60,015 bases of DNA from Gammaproteobacteria bacterium (GTDB lineage Bacteria > Pseudomonadota > Gammaproteobacteria > Burkholderiales > SG8-39), in NCBI GenBank assembly GCA_041496745.1, contig JBGQFF010000002.1:1-60015 (forward strand). The letters are read 5' to 3'. The first letter of the stretch is position 1. Every line of letters begins with the position of its first letter. The position numbers were made by a program, and so were the translations under genes. A model generated the notes under the pieces. It saw nothing but the letters and a program-made list of their open reading frames with translations. It did no database searches and was not told where the DNA came from. Positions 48,180-60,015 of the stretch are shown here, one piece after another.

Positions 48180-51100
48180 ATGCCTGGCCTGAAGCCCTCG
48201 CGTACCGCGTTCTACCTGCTGTTCACGCTGTCGGGCTTCGCCGGGCTGATCTACGAGTCGATCTGGACGCACTACCTCAAGCTGTTCCTCGGCCACGCCG
48301 CGTACGCCCAGTCGCTGGTGCTGGTGGTGTTCATGGGCGGCATGGCGGCGGGCAGCGCCTACTGCAGTCGAATCTCCATGCGGCTGCGCAATCCGCTGCG
48401 CGCCTACGCACTGGTGGAGGCCGTCGTCGGCCTGTGCGCGCTCGGCCTGCACGAGGTTTTCGTTGCGCTCACCGACTGGTCCTATGCCTCGCTGCTGCCC
48501 GGCCTGGGCAACGAATGGCTGGTGCTTGGCGCCAAGCTCGCCATCTCCTGCGTGCTGATCCTGCCGCAATCGGTTCTGCTAGGCGCCACCTTCCCGTTGA
48601 TGAGCGCCGGGCTGGTGCGCGCGCACCCGGGGTCTTCCGGCGAGTCGGTGTCGATGCTCTATTTCACCAACAGCCTGGGCGCTGCCGTGGGCGTGCTCGC
48701 CGGCGGCTTCCTGCTGATCGAGTGGGTCGGCCTTCCGGGGACGCTGCGCACCGCCGGCGCCATCAACCTCGCGCTCGCCGTCGCCGTTTGGCTGCTGGCG
48801 CGCCCGATGCAGGCTCCGGCGCTCACCGCGAGCGCCGGTGGCGAGCCGGAGGGCGCAGCGCTGCTGCTGGTGGTGGCTTTCCTCACCGGCCTTGCCTCCT
48901 TCGTCTACGAGATCAGCTGGATCCGCATGCTGTCGCTGGTGCTCGGCGCCTCGACGCATTCTTTCGAGTTGATGCTCTCGACCTTCATCCTCGGCCTGGC
49001 GCTCGGCGGCCTCGCGGTGCGGCGCCACGTCGACACGGCGGCCAGCCCCGAGCGCCTGCTGGGCTGGGTGCAGGTGGTGATGGGGCTGCTCGCCCTGCTC
49101 ACGCTGCTGGTGTACGACCGCAGCTTCGAGCTGATGGAGTACCTGATGAACGGGCTCGCGCGCAACGAAGCGGGCTACCTGCTGTTCAACCTGTCCGGGC
49201 AGGCGATCGCGGCGCTGGTAATGCTTCCCGCGACCTTCTGCGCGGGCATGACGCTGCCGCTGATCACCGGCGCGCTGCTGCGCAGCGGCGCCGGAGAAGG
49301 CGCCATCGGCAGGGTCTACGCTGCCAACACGCTCGGCGCAATCGCCGGGGTGCTGTTCGCCGTGCACGTCGGGCTCCCGGTGCTGGGTCTGAAGGGCGCC
49401 ATGGTGGTGGGCAGCCTGGTGGACGCGGTGCTGGGCCTTACCCTGCTATACCTGTACGTCCCTGCACGGCGCCACGCCGCGCTGGCGGCGCTGGCCTGCG
49501 CGGCCCTGTTCCTGCCCGTGACGCTAGGCTTCCGGCTGGACGTGAACAAGATGACCGCCGGGGTGTTCCGGCACGGCGACTTGGAGAGTTCGCGCGACGC
49601 CAAGGTCCTGTTCCAGAAGGACGGCAAGACCGCCACCGTGCACCTGATGCAGTACGGGTCCGCGACCAGCATCCGCACCAACGGCAAGTCCGACGGCTCC
49701 ATCAACCTCACCGGCGAGGCGGAAAGCGACCGCGGCACTGACGAGATCACCATGGTGCTGACCGCGGCCGTGCCGCTGTCTCTCAAGCCCGAAGCGAAGA
49801 CCGCCGCCGTGATCGGCATCGGCACCGGGCTCACCACCCACACGCTGCTGCAGAGCCTGCAGATCGAGCGCGTCGAGACCGTGGAAATCGAGTCGGCGAT
49901 GGCGGAAGCCTCGCGCGGCTTCAGGCCGCGCAACAGCGCGGCCTTCGCCGATCCGCGAAGCAACATCCTGATCGACGACGCCAAGACCTTCTTCTCCTCG
50001 CGCGACCGGCGCTACGACATCATCATCTCGGAGCCCTCGAATCCCTGGGTGAGCGGCGTGTCGAGCCTGTTCACGCGCGAGTTCTACCGGCGCATCCGCA
50101 CGCACCTCAATGCGCGCGGTGTGCTGGTGCAATGGTTCCAGCTCTACGAGATCGACGCCTCGCTGCTCGCCTCGGTGATGCGCGCGCTGGGCGAGGAATT
50201 CCCGCATTACGCGATTTACGCGCCGAGCGACCACGACGTGCTGATCGTGGCCGGAGAAGCGCCGCTGCCGGCAGCGCCGGATGCGCGCGTGTTCGAGCAG
50301 CCGGGCGTGGCGAAGGAATTGTGGACCGTGCACGTGCTGAGCGTGGGCGACCTCGACGCGCGCTACCTGGGCAGCCGCGCGACGCTCGAGCCGCTGTTCG
50401 CGAGCTATGGCGCGCGCGCCAACTCGGACTACTACCCGGTGCTGGACCTCAACGCGGCGCGGCACCGATTCATGGAGAAAAGCGCCACCGACGTGGTGGC
50501 GCTGCTCAACCTCGGCGTGCCGGTGCTGGAGTTGCTCGAGCCCGGCTTCGCGCGCCGGCCGATGAACCCGCTGCACATGGGCGCCTACTCCTTCAAGCGC
50601 ATCGAGAACGCGCGCCAGGCGTCCTACGCGCGCGATTTCCTGCTGCGGCGGCCGCCGCCGCCGCAAGGCATCCCGATGCAGCTGCAGAAGGACCTCGAGG
50701 TGGTGAAGCTGCGGCTGCTCGAATGCCGCGAGCCGCGCGAATTCGACGTGTGGCTGCACAGCCTCCTGCACGTGGCGAAGCTCATCAACCAGGCGCTGCC
50801 CCCCGCCGAGGCGGGCGCGGTATGGTCGCGCATCGCGGGCGCGCGCTGCGTGCCCGCGCTGCACGAGTTCCAGCGCCAGTGGATCGCCTTGTTCCAGGCG
50901 GTCGGTGCGCGCGACGCGCGCGCCATGGCGGAGCTCTCCGCGGTGCTCCTCGAATCCACGCCGGAACTGCACGGCGACGGCCGCGAGTACCTGCTGCTGG
51001 CGGGCATGAGCGGCGCGATCGCCGGCGGCCGGCGCGACCAGGCGCTCTCGCTGTGGGAGCGCCACGCGGCCAACCTGTCGGGCGGCGCGGCGCAGCCGGC

Positions 51101-51182
51101 GTTCCGGCTGCTGCGCTGCCACGCACAACCAGGCGCCGGGGAAGCCTGCGCCGCAGCCTTCCGTGCCTACGCGGAGGACTGA
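48180..51182 (+). CDS. fused polytopic membrane domain / spermidine-synthase-like SAM-fold domain / uncharacterised C-terminal domain protein
   Basis: 1000 aa. The N-terminal ~460 aa are multi-TM (FYLLFTLSGFAGLIYESIWTHYLKLFLGH...). The central domain has AAVIGIGTGLTT and YDIIISEPSNPWVSGVSSLFT, collinear with SpeE [20 protein letters not shown]. The last ~280 aa have no motif I recognise. Confidence 0.75.
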   Translation: MPGLKPSRTAFYLLFTLSGFAGLIYESIWTHYLKLFLGHAAYAQSLVLVVFMGGMAAGSAYCSRISMRLRNPLRAYALVEAVVGLCALGLHEVFVALTDWSYASLLPGLGNEWLVLGAKLAISCVLILPQSVLLGATFPLMSAGLVRAHPGSSGESVSMLYFTNSLGAAVGVLAGGFLLIEWVGLPGTLRTAGAINLALAVAVWLLARPMQAPALTASAGGEPEGAALLLVVAFLTGLASFVYEISWIRMLSLVLGASTHSFELMLSTFILGLALGGLAVRRHVDTAASPERLLGWVQVVMGLLALLTLLVYDRSFELMEYLMNGLARNEAGYLLFNLSGQAIAALVMLPATFCAGMTLPLITGALLRSGAGEGAIGRVYAANTLGAIAGVLFAVHVGLPVLGLKGAMVVGSLVDAVLGLTLLYLYVPARRHAALAALACAALFLPVTLGFRLDVNKMTAGVFRHGDLESSRDAKVLFQKDGKTATVHLMQYGSATSIRTNGKSDGSINLTGEAESDRGTDEITMVLTAAVPLSLKPEAKTAAVIGIGTGLTTHTLLQSLQIERVETVEIESAMAEASRGFRPRNSAAFADPRSNILIDDAKTFFSSRDRRYDIIISEPSNPWVSGVSSLFTREFYRRIRTHLNARGVLVQWFQLYEIDASLLASVMRALGEEFPHYAIYAPSDHDVLIVAGEAPLPAAPDARVFEQPGVAKELWTVHVLSVGDLDARYLGSRATLEPLFASYGARANSDYYPVLDLNAARHRFMEKSATDVVALLNLGVPVLELLEPGFARRPMNPLHMGAYSFKRIENARQASYARDFLLRRPPPPQGIPMQLQKDLEVVKLRLLECREPREFDVWLHSLLHVAKLINQALPPAEAGAVWSRIAGARCVPALHEFQRQWIALFQAVGARDARAMAELSAVLLESTPELHGDGREYLLLAGMSGAIAGGRRDQALSLWERHAANLSGGAAQPAFRLLRCHAQPGAGEACAAAFRAYAED

Positions 51183-51227
51183 GCGCGCGCCAGCCATTTG
51201 CGGCCGGTGCCTGTGGCGGGGCCTCGC

Positions 51228-52598
51228 TCAGCGCGCTGCGGCCTTGCGCCGCACGTAGGCCGCCGCCGCACCGGTGCCCTTGTAGGGATTGCGCCCGGTG
51301 CGGAACTCGATGCTCAGCGGCGTGCCCTGCAGGTCGAAGGCGTTGCGAAAGTACCCTTCCAGGTAGCGCCGGTAGGTGTCGGGCACTTCGTCGAGCGAAT
51401 TGCCGTGGATGATGACGCGCGGCGGGTTGTGCCCGCCCTGGTGCGCGTAGCGCATCTTGGGGCGCCGCAAGCCCTTGCGCGGCGGGGACTGGCGCTCGAC
51501 CGCGGCAATCAGGGCGCGCGTCAGCTTCGGCGTGGACAGCTTGGCCATGGCGGCGGCGTAGGCGCCATCCACCGAGCGCATCAGCTCGCCCAGGCCCTTG
51601 CCGCTCTTCGCGGAGATGAAGTGCGTGTCGGCGAAGCCGAGGAAACCGAGCTTCCAGGCGAGGTCGCGCTTGACGCGCTCGCGCGCCTCCTTGTCCGCGG
51701 CATCCCACTTGTTCACCGCCAGGACCACCGCGCGCCCCCGCTCCAGGATGTAGCTGGCGACATGGGCGTCCTGCTCCGAGACGCCCTCGGCGGCGTCCAG
51801 CACCAGCACCGCGACGTTGGATTGCTCGATCGCCTGCAGCGTCTTGACGATGGAGAACTTCTCCACCGTCTCGCCCTGCTTGCCGCGCTTGCGCAGCCCG
51901 GCAGTGTCGATCAGCGTGTAGCGCCGCCCGCCGCGCTCGAACGGCACCTCGATCGCGTCGCGCGTGGTGCCGGGCTCGCCGAAGACGATGACGCGCTCCT
52001 CGCCCACCAGCGCGTTGACCAGCGTGGACTTGCCGACGTTCGGCCGGCCGACGACCGAGATGCGCGGCTGCTTGTCGCGCTCCAGCGCTTCTTCCTCGGT
52101 GGAGAGCGGGAATTCCGCCAGCACGCCCTCGATCAGGTCCGCGACGCCATCGCCGTGCGCCGCCGAGATCGGGTTGGGCGCGCCGAGGCCGAGCTCGTGG
52201 AACTCGGCCACTGCCGCGTCGCTCGCCATGCCCTCGCACTTGTTCACCACCAGCCAGACGCGCGCCTTCAGCTTGCGCAGGCGCCGGGCGATCTCGCGGT
52301 CGCCGTCGTGCAGGCCGCTGCGGCCGTCGGTCAGGAACACCACCGCGTCGGCCTCGGCGATCGCCTGCTCGGCCTGGCGCGCCATCTCGACGAAGATGCC
52401 CTCGCGCGCGCGGAGCTCCAGGCCGCCGGTGTCGATGGCGATGAACGGCCGCGCGCCGACGCGGCCCTCGCCGTAGTGGCGGTCGCGCGTGACGCCGGGC
52501 ACGTCGACCACGATCGCGTCGCGGCGACGCGTCAGGCGGTTGAACAGCGTGGACTTGCCGACATTGGGCCGTCCGACCAGCGCGATGACCGGCTTCAC
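51228..52598 (-). CDS. der: ribosome biogenesis GTPase Der (EngA)
   Basis: 456 aa with two GTPase domains, each carrying GRPNVGKS, and a C-terminal KH-like domain. Confidence 0.96.
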   Translation of the reverse strand: MKPVIALVGRPNVGKSTLFNRLTRRRDAIVVDVPGVTRDRHYGEGRVGARPFIAIDTGGLELRAREGIFVEMARQAEQAIAEADAVVFLTDGRSGLHDGDREIARRLRKLKARVWLVVNKCEGMASDAAVAEFHELGLGAPNPISAAHGDGVADLIEGVLAEFPLSTEEEALERDKQPRISVVGRPNVGKSTLVNALVGEERVIVFGEPGTTRDAIEVPFERGGRRYTLIDTAGLRKRGKQGETVEKFSIVKTLQAIEQSNVAVLVLDAAEGVSEQDAHVASYILERGRAVVLAVNKWDAADKEARERVKRDLAWKLGFLGFADTHFISAKSGKGLGELMRSVDGAYAAAMAKLSTPKLTRALIAAVERQSPPRKGLRRPKMRYAHQGGHNPPRVIIHGNSLDEVPDTYRRYLEGYFRNAFDLQGTPLSIEFRTGRNPYKGTGAAAAYVRRKAAAR

Positions 52599-52613
52599 GG
52601 CGGACCGTCCCCG

Positions 52614-53735
52614 CTACAGCGCCAGCGCGTACAGGCTGCCGCCCTGCGTCTGCACCAGGAATCCCACCGGCAGGCGCAGCGGCGCGGCGCGCACCGGGCT
52701 GCCGTCGGTCGCGGCGCGCCCGGCGAAGGCGCCGGAGTCCCGCGCCAGCACGTGCACGTAGCCCTGCAGGTCGCCCAGCACGATCTCCGTGTCCAGCGGC
52801 AGGGGCTGCGACAGCTGCCGGTGCGCGAGGCGGTCCTGCTTCCACAGGCTGCGGCCGCTCGAGCGGTCCAGCGCGTGCACCGCGCCGCGGTCGTCGCTCA
52901 CGTAGGCGTAGCGCGCATCGACGCTGGCGCCGGTGACGGTGGACATGTCGCGCGCCCACAGCTGGCTGCCGTTCTGCGTATCGAAGCAGGCGATGCGCCC
53001 CTGGAAGGCCGCAGCGCAGACCTCCCGCCCGAGTACCGCCGGATCGCCCACGACGTCGGTCACGCGCTCCAGTTCCGTCGCGCCCTTGGGCAGGGCGACG
53101 GTCGCTTCCCAGCGCACCCCGCCGTTGGCCAGGCCCAGCGCCACCAGCTTGCCGCCCGAGAATCCCGCGTACACCGAGCCCTGCAGCACGCTCAGGCCCG
53201 CCGGCGTGCGCACCATCAGCGAGGACGAAGCGCGCTGGTATACCCAGCGGCGCTTGCCATCCTCGGCGTCGAAGGCGTAGATGCGGCTGTCGGCGCTGCG
53301 CACCAGCACCAGCCCGCCGGCGAGGCGCGGCGCGGCCAGCACCTCACTCGAGGCGCGGGCGCGCCAGCGCACCTGCCCCGTCTCGGCGTCGAGCGCGAGC
53401 ACCTCGCCCTCGTCCGTGGCCACCGCTACGGTGCGCAGGTCGGCGCCGGCACCCGCGGACAGCGGCACGCCGAGCTCGGTGCGCCACTGCGGCTTGCCGT
53501 CCGCCGCGCCCAGCCGCACCACCGTGCCGTCGCGCGCCGCGGCCACCACGCTGTCGCCCACCAGCGCCGGGCTGAACACGAAGGCGCCCGCCGGGCCCAC
53601 GTGCGCCGACCACAGCACGCGCGGTTCCCGCGCCTGCTGCAGCGCGGGCAGCTCCGCCGGCTTCGGCCCGGAGTCCGTGGAGCAGGCGGCGAGGACCAGG
53701 AGGGCGCCCGCGGCCAGCGTGGCGCGCAGCGCCAC
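52614..53735 (-). CDS. bamB: outer membrane protein assembly factor BamB
   Basis: GTG at 53735 is preceded by GGAGG. Lipoprotein signal (M)ALRATLAAGALLVLAAC. PQQ-like beta-propeller repeats (...DGKPQWR..., ...TGQVRWR..., ...DGKRRWV..., ...NGGVRWE..., ...NGSQLWA..., ...SGRSLWK...). Confidence 0.9.
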   Translation of the reverse strand: MALRATLAAGALLVLAACSTDSGPKPAELPALQQAREPRVLWSAHVGPAGAFVFSPALVGDSVVAAARDGTVVRLGAADGKPQWRTELGVPLSAGAGADLRTVAVATDEGEVLALDAETGQVRWRARASSEVLAAPRLAGGLVLVRSADSRIYAFDAEDGKRRWVYQRASSSLMVRTPAGLSVLQGSVYAGFSGGKLVALGLANGGVRWEATVALPKGATELERVTDVVGDPAVLGREVCAAAFQGRIACFDTQNGSQLWARDMSTVTGASVDARYAYVSDDRGAVHALDRSSGRSLWKQDRLAHRQLSQPLPLDTEIVLGDLQGYVHVLARDSGAFAGRAATDGSPVRAAPLRLPVGFLVQTQGGSLYALAL

Positions 53736-53737
53736 GC

Positions 53738-54379
53738 TCAGCCTCCCAGCGCGTCGAGGCGCATCTGCACGCTCTCGCGGAACGCGCCGCTGCCGCCGTT
53801 CGCCCCCTCCAGCGCCAGCTTGTACGCCGCCCTGGCCTCCGCGGGCTGGTTCTTGGCCAGCAGCAGGTCGCCCCTGAGCGCCGCGAACTGCGCCGCGTAC
53901 GCGTCCAGCGGTTTCACCTCGAGCAGCTTGAGCGCTTCGTCGTAGGCCTTGTCGTCGAGCAACAGGGCGCCGAGACGCAGCCGCGCGAGGTCGCGGAAAT
54001 CCTCCGACGGCGAGCGCTCCACCACCCATTGCAGCTGCGCTTTCGCACTCTTCAGCTCGCCGCGGTCGGCGTGGAAGCGCGCCACGGCCAGCGCACCCAT
54101 CGAGGCGTACAGCGTGCGCGGGAAGCCCTCCGCCAGCGCGCCGCCCGCGTCGCGCAGCACCTTGGCGTCGCCCGCGCGCGCGGCCTTGGACAGCGTCTCG
54201 TACAGCGCGCTCGCCTGCGCCGCCTGGTCGCGCTGGACCCAGCGCCAGCCGCCCCAGCCGGCCACCGCCAGCGCGGCGGCGATGATCACCAGCAGCACCA
54301 GGTTGCCGTACTGCTTCCACCAGGCCTTGAGCTCGGCGAGTTGTTCCTGCTCTTCCAGATCGAGGTTCTGCATTGCCAT
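53738..54379 (-). CDS. YfgM-family membrane-anchored TPR-like protein
   Basis: ATG at 54379 gives MAMQNLDLEEQEQLAELKAWWKQYGNLVLLVIIAAALAVAGWGGW (N-terminal anchor), then a helical-repeat region. Conserved position between hisS and bamB. Confidence 0.8.
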   Translation of the reverse strand: MAMQNLDLEEQEQLAELKAWWKQYGNLVLLVIIAAALAVAGWGGWRWVQRDQAAQASALYETLSKAARAGDAKVLRDAGGALAEGFPRTLYASMGALAVARFHADRGELKSAKAQLQWVVERSPSEDFRDLARLRLGALLLDDKAYDEALKLLEVKPLDAYAAQFAALRGDLLLAKNQPAEARAAYKLALEGANGGSGAFRESVQMRLDALGG

Positions 54380-54381
54380 GA

Positions 54382-55656
<1,275 letters not shown>

Positions 55657-55659
55657 GGT

Positions 55660-56916
55660 TCAGGCCGCCTTGATCGGGATTTTCTTCGCGCGCGCGCGGG
55701 CGGCGCCAGGAGCGTAGTTCTTCCTGACGTAATCCTCGACCAGCGCCTGGAACTGCTCGGCGATGCGCCCGCCCTTCAGCGTCACGGTCTTCGCGCCGTC
55801 CACGTACACCGGCGCCACCGGCAGCTCGTTGGTGCCCGGCAGGCTGATGCCGATGTCGGCATGCTTGGATTCCCCGGGCCCGTTGACCACGCAGCCCATC
55901 ACCGCGACGCGCATTTCCTCGACGCCGGGATAGCGCTCGCGCCACACCGGCATCTGCGCGCGCAGGTAGGACTGGATCCTGGCGGCGAGCTCCTGGAATA
56001 CCGTGCTGGTGGTGCGCCCGCAACCCGGGCAGGCGGCGACCATCGGCGTGAACGAGCGGATGCCCATGGTCTGCAGAATCTCCTGCGCCACCACCACTTC
56101 GCGCGTGCGCTCGCCGCCCGGCTCGGGCGTGAGCGACACGCGGATGGTGTCGCCGATGCCTTCCTGCAGCAGCACCGCCATCGCGGCGCTCGAGGCGACG
56201 ATGCCTTTGGAGCCCATGCCGGCCTCGGTGAGCCCCAGGTGCAGCGCGTAGCCGCAGCGCCGCGCCAGTTCCCGGTACACGCCGATCAGGTCCTGCACGC
56301 CGCTCATCTTGCAGGAGATGACGATGCGCTCCGCCGGCAGGCCCCACTCCTCGGCTTGCAGCGCGCAATCCAGCGCCGAGCGGATCACGGCTTCGCGCAT
56401 CACCTCGGCCGCGTCGAGCGGCTCGGCGCGGCGCGCGTTCTCGTCCATCAGGCGCGCCAGCAGCGCCTGGTCGAGGCTGCCCCAGTTGACGCCGATGCGC
56501 ACCGGCTTGCCGTAGCGGATGGCGGCCTGGATCATGGTGGCGAACTGCTCGTCGCGCTTCGCCCCCTTGCCGACGTTGCCCGGGTTGATGCGGTACTTGG
56601 CCAGCGCCCTGGCGCACGCCGGGAACTGGGTCAGCAGCCTGTGGCCGTTGAAGTGGAAATCGCCGATCAGCGGCACGTCGCAGCCCACGGCGTCGAGCCG
56701 CGCGCGGATTCCGGCGACCTCCGCCGCCGCCTCCGGCGAATTTACCGTGATGCGCACCAGCTCCGAGCCGGCGCGCCACAGTTCCGCCACCTGGCGCGCG
56801 GTGGCCTCGGCGTCCGCGGTGTCGGTGTTGGTCATGGACTGCACCACCACCGGCGCCCCGCCGCCGATGGCGACCGGTCCCACCATGACGCGGCTGGAGA
56901 TCCTGCGTTCGAGCAT
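55660..56916 (-). CDS. ispG: 4-hydroxy-3-methylbut-2-en-1-yl diphosphate synthase (flavodoxin)
   Basis: 418 aa: ...[22 protein letters not shown]...[11 protein letters not shown]...ACPGCGRT... Confidence 0.96.
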   Translation of the reverse strand: MLERRISSRVMVGPVAIGGGAPVVVQSMTNTDTADAEATARQVAELWRAGSELVRITVNSPEAAAEVAGIRARLDAVGCDVPLIGDFHFNGHRLLTQFPACARALAKYRINPGNVGKGAKRDEQFATMIQAAIRYGKPVRIGVNWGSLDQALLARLMDENARRAEPLDAAEVMREAVIRSALDCALQAEEWGLPAERIVISCKMSGVQDLIGVYRELARRCGYALHLGLTEAGMGSKGIVASSAAMAVLLQEGIGDTIRVSLTPEPGGERTREVVVAQEILQTMGIRSFTPMVAACPGCGRTTSTVFQELAARIQSYLRAQMPVWRERYPGVEEMRVAVMGCVVNGPGESKHADIGISLPGTNELPVAPVYVDGAKTVTLKGGRIAEQFQALVEDYVRKNYAPGAARARAKKIPIKAA

Positions 56917-56918
56917 CG

Positions 56919-57683
56919 CTATTCCAGCGTGAAACGCGCCACTTCGACCTTGACGTGCGGCATCAGGTCCACGGGCTTGTCGTTGTAGGAGAGGCGCACG
57001 TGTTGCGCGTTGCCGATCACCACCGCGAACGGCGGTACGCCGGTCACCACGCGTACGGTTCCGCCCGGGTGCAGCTGCGACACCAGCAGCTTGCCGTTGC
57101 CGCTCTTGATCTCGACCCAGGACTCACCGTCGAACTGCAGGGCGATGCGGTGTCGGCCTGCCGCCGTGCCGCGCTCCTCGGGCGGTGCCGCGGGTTCCGC
57201 CGTCGCCGCGGGCGCGGGCGCCGCGCTCGCCACCGCCGCGCGCGGCGGCTCGGCCGGCTGCTGCGCGGCCGAGACGAACGCCAGCCGCGGCGTGCCGGCG
57301 CGTTCCTGGCGCCATTCCAGCGCCACGGCCGCGACCACTGCCAGCAGCGTCAACGACAGCGCGACATAGGCCAGGTTCGAGCGCCGCGCGCCATCGGAGA
57401 ACGGCACCGGCTGGCGAAAACGCTGCGCCAGGCGCTCGGCGTCCGGCGGCGGCACGCGGTCGCCGATCTGCGCCAGCAACGGTTGCGCATCGAGGTGCAG
57501 CAGGCGCGCGTAGCTGCGCAGCATGCCGCGCACGAACGTGCCGCCGGGCAAGCGCTCCAGCTCGCCGGCCTCCAGGGCTTGCAGCTGGCGCGGCGCGAAC
57601 TTCAGCTGCCGAGCCGCTTCCTCCAGCGACATGCCTGCCGCCTCGCGCGCTTGCGCCAGCGCGGAGAACTGCAGCTCACTCAT
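56919..57683 (-). CDS. rodZ: cytoskeleton protein RodZ-like (HTH + TM + DUF4115-type C-terminus)
   Basis: ATG at 57683 gives [41 protein letters not shown] (HTH), a TM segment ([19 protein letters not shown]) and a C-terminal beta-rich domain. Conserved position between pilW and ispG. Confidence 0.8.
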   Translation of the reverse strand: MSELQFSALAQAREAAGMSLEEAARQLKFAPRQLQALEAGELERLPGGTFVRGMLRSYARLLHLDAQPLLAQIGDRVPPPDAERLAQRFRQPVPFSDGARRSNLAYVALSLTLLAVVAAVALEWRQERAGTPRLAFVSAAQQPAEPPRAAVASAAPAPAATAEPAAPPEERGTAAGRHRIALQFDGESWVEIKSGNGKLLVSQLHPGGTVRVVTGVPPFAVVIGNAQHVRLSYNDKPVDLMPHVKVEVARFTLE

Positions 57684-58455
57684 AGGCGCCGCGCTGCAGG
57701 GCCTGCGCCTCCCTCGACTGCGGAAAACGGCGCCGCAGCTGGTTGGCGTAGGATAGTTCGTCGGCGCGCTGCCCGAGGCGGCGCTCGATGCGCAGCGCGA
57801 GCCAGAGCGATTCGGCCGTCGCCTCCACGATCTTGGCGTGCCGCGCCACCAGCTTTCGCGCTTCGTCCGGTTTGCCCTGGCGGTAGCGCACCTGGGCGAG
57901 CTGCAATAGCGCGGCCGGTTGGTTCGGGTCGATGCCGAGCGCCCGCTGCAGGTAAGACTCCGCCTCCCGCTGGTCGCCGCGGCGCAGCGCGCAGGTGCCG
58001 GCGGCGGTCCAGGTCCGCGCCGGGGTGGCATACAGGGGGTTGCGCAGGGCGCGCATGAGATACGCCGTCGACTCGCCTTCCCTGCCGGTCTGGCACAGGA
58101 ACCAGCCGTAGTTGTGGTTGATGTCCGGATCGTCCGGCGACAGGCTCAGGGCGCGCTCGAAGCTGGATTGCGCGAGCGCATTCTCGCGCAACTCCATGTA
58201 CACCAGTCCGAACATGCCGTGCGCGGTGGCGAAATTGGGGTCGGCGGCCACTGCGAGGCGCAACTCCTCGAGCGCGATGTTCATGTTGCCGCGTGAGTAG
58301 TACAGCGACGCCAGCTCGGTACGGATGCGCGCGCGGTTGCGCGGATCCGTCGAGTTGCCGACGATGGCGCCCGATTCAATCTGCGGGCCTTCTGGCTGCG
58401 GCGCCGCCGCGCAGCCGGCGAGCAGCGCGAGCGCCAGGCAAAGCGCACGCCTCAT
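57676..58455 (-). CDS. pilW: type IV pilus biogenesis/stability TPR lipoprotein PilW (PilF of Pseudomonas)
   Basis: ATG at 58455 overlaps the rlmN TGA (ATGA). Lipoprotein signal [18 protein letters not shown] repeats ([32 protein letters not shown]...). Conserved rlmN-pilW-rodZ-ispG context. Confidence 0.82.
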   Translation of the reverse strand: MRRALCLALALLAGCAAAPQPEGPQIESGAIVGNSTDPRNRARIRTELASLYYSRGNMNIALEELRLAVAADPNFATAHGMFGLVYMELRENALAQSSFERALSLSPDDPDINHNYGWFLCQTGREGESTAYLMRALRNPLYATPARTWTAAGTCALRRGDQREAESYLQRALGIDPNQPAALLQLAQVRYRQGKPDEARKLVARHAKIVEATAESLWLALRIERRLGQRADELSYANQLRRRFPQSREAQALQRGAYE

Positions 58456-59537
58456 GCGCGCACCTCTGCGATGCGCAGCGTCTTCTTGCCGCGAGTGCGG
58501 CGCGTACGGTCGGCAACGTCGCCGGCCAGCTGGCCGCAAGCCGCGTCGATGGCGTCGCCGCGCGTCTTGCGCGTGGTCACCGTGACACCCTTGCGCTGCA
58601 GGATCTCGGCAAAGCGCCGGATGCGCTCAGCCGGGGAGCGGCGGAACTCGGTCTGCGGGAACGGATTGAACGGAATCAGGTTGAACTTGCAGCTGACGCG
58701 CGTGGCGATGCCGGCCAGCTCCTGGGCCTGCGTGTCGGCGTCGTTCACGCCGTCGAGCATCACGTACTCGAAGGTGATGAAGTCGCGCGGCGCCTTTTCC
58801 AGGTAGCGGTTGCAGGCCTTCAGCAGCTCGCGGATCGGGTACTTGCGATTCACCGGCACCAGCCGCTCGCGCAGCGCGTCGTTGGGCGCGTGCAGCGAAA
58901 CGGCCAGCGCCACCGGGCACTCCTCGCGCAGCCGGTCCATGCCGGGGATCACGCCGGAGGTGGACACCGTCACTCGGCGGCGCGACAGGCCGTAGGCGTT
59001 GTCGTCGAGCATCAGGCGCAACGCGGGAATCACGTTGTCCAGGTTGAGCATCGGCTCGCCCATGCCCATCAGCACCACGTTGGTCACCGGCCGCGCGCCG
59101 CCCAGCAGGCGGTTCGCCAGCCACAGCTGCCCTACGATCTCGGCCGTGCTCAGGTTGCGGTTGAAGCCCTGCTTGCCGGTGGAGCAGAACGCGCAGTCGA
59201 GCACGCAGCCCGCCTGGCTCGAGACGCACAGCGTGCCGCGCGAGGTCTCCGGAATGAACACCGCGTCCACGGCGTTGGCGCCGTCCACCTTGAGCAGCCA
59301 CTTGCGCGTCCCGTCCGCGGCCACATGGTCGCCGACGATCTGCGGTGCCGCGACCGTCGCTCGCTGCACGAGCTTGGCGCGCAGGTCCTTCGCCAGTTCA
59401 CTCATGCGCGCGAAATCGGACTCGCGGCGCTGGTGCACCCATTGCAGGACCTGGCGCGCGCGAAACGGCTTCTCGCCCAGCGTGTGGAAGAACGCGGTGA
59501 GGCCGGCGGCGTCCAGGCCGAGAAGGTTGGTCTTCAT
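58452..59537 (-). CDS. rlmN: 23S rRNA/tRNA (adenine-C2)-methyltransferase, radical SAM
   Basis: The internal ATG at 59537 gives [35 protein letters not shown]... Radical-SAM cluster motif [12 protein letters not shown]. Confidence 0.94.
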   Translation of the reverse strand: MKTNLLGLDAAGLTAFFHTLGEKPFRARQVLQWVHQRRESDFARMSELAKDLRAKLVQRATVAAPQIVGDHVAADGTRKWLLKVDGANAVDAVFIPETSRGTLCVSSQAGCVLDCAFCSTGKQGFNRNLSTAEIVGQLWLANRLLGGARPVTNVVLMGMGEPMLNLDNVIPALRLMLDDNAYGLSRRRVTVSTSGVIPGMDRLREECPVALAVSLHAPNDALRERLVPVNRKYPIRELLKACNRYLEKAPRDFITFEYVMLDGVNDADTQAQELAGIATRVSCKFNLIPFNPFPQTEFRRSPAERIRRFAEILQRKGVTVTTRKTRGDAIDAACGQLAGDVADRTRRTRGKKTLRIAEVRA

Positions 59538-59538
59538 G

Positions 59539-59964
59539 TCAGCGCGAAAACACCTCGCAGGCGGGGAAAAAGTACGCGATCTCGGTGCGCGCCGTCTCCG
59601 CACCGTCCGAACCGTGCACCGCGTTGGCGTCGATCGAGTCGGCGAAATCCGCGCGGATGGTGCCCTTGGCGGCCTTCTTCGGGTCGGTGGCGCCCATCAG
59701 TTCGCGGTTCTTCGCGATCGCGTCCTTGCCCTCCAGCACCTGCACTAGCACCGGTCCGGAGATCATGAAACCGACCAGGTCCTTGAAGAACGGCCGCTCG
59801 CGGTGCACCGCGTAAAAACCTTCGGCCTCGGCTCGCGACAGGTGCATCATGCGCGCACCGACGACTCGCAGCCCCGCCTTCTCGAAGCGCGCGATGATCT
59901 GGCCGATCGCGTTCTTCTTCACTGCGTCCGGTTTGATAATGGACAGGGTGCGCTGGACCGCCAT
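59539..59964 (-). CDS. ndk: nucleoside-diphosphate kinase
   Basis: 141 aa: [15 protein letters not shown]...GTIRADFA...NAVHGSD (active-site His). Confidence 0.97.
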   Translation of the reverse strand: MAVQRTLSIIKPDAVKKNAIGQIIARFEKAGLRVVGARMMHLSRAEAEGFYAVHRERPFFKDLVGFMISGPVLVQVLEGKDAIAKNRELMGATDPKKAAKGTIRADFADSIDANAVHGSDGAETARTEIAYFFPACEVFSR

Positions 59965-60015
59965 TCCTGAATCTCCGTGGATTGGTGGAAAAGTTAGGCC
60001 GCGATTCTAGCATGG

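Noticed and set aside
45593-49741. A 1382-aa plus-strand ORF crossing leuC, the MFS gene and the start of the 1000-aa gene.
   Set aside because: It is antisense or out of frame relative to three well-supported genes. The translation is Arg/Gly/Ala/His-rich with no domain signatures. This is a typical high-GC artefact.

Overview
This is a very GC-rich chromosomal segment. Gene content and order look like a betaproteobacterial core genome; that assignment is an inference from synteny and protein similarity only. I count about 50 protein-coding genes and almost all are housekeeping. I saw no rRNA, tRNA, CRISPR array, transposase, integrase or phage genes.

Gene order:
- carB(partial)-carA, dapB-bamE (minus); fur (plus); recN-nadK (minus); hrcA-hemH (plus).
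- A ~10-kb minus-strand type IV pilus chemosensory (Pil-Chp-like) operon, pilG-pilH-pilI-pilJ-chpA.
- grpE-dnaK-dnaJ plus an orphan periplasmic binding protein.
- cysS; a TPR protein; a frameshifted L,D-transpeptidase; ppiA; lpxH; a LOG-family protein.
- An MDR oxidoreductase in a compositionally atypical patch; metZ.
- The long minus-strand block purF-cvpA-dedD-folC-accD-trpA-trpB-trpF-truA-fimV-asd-leuB-leuD-leuC.
- An MFS transporter divergent from a 1000-aa fused membrane/spermidine-synthase-like protein.
- der-bamB-yfgM-hisS-ispG-rodZ-pilW-rlmN-ndk (minus).

The most interesting feature is the 3' end of the Pil-Chp operon. chpA is followed by two tightly coupled extra genes. The first is a Hanks-type Ser/Thr kinase fused to a cyclic-nucleotide-binding domain; its GTG start overlaps the chpA stop. 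The second is a small exported repeat protein whose Shine-Dalgarno overlaps the kinase stop. This would link a chemosensory system known elsewhere to control cAMP to a cNMP-gated protein kinase.

Secondary observations:
- The conserved hemH N-terminus lies upstream of any canonical start codon.
- A 1-nt frameshift interrupts the L,D-transpeptidase.
- Several genes look like candidate leaderless transcripts at very short divergent spacers.
- The purF terminator abuts the metZ ATG.
- The 1000-aa spermidine-synthase-like fusion has a substituted catalytic motif.

Many long Arg/Ala/Gly/Pro-rich ORFs in the six-frame track are alternative-frame or antisense artefacts of the high GC content, and I rejected them.
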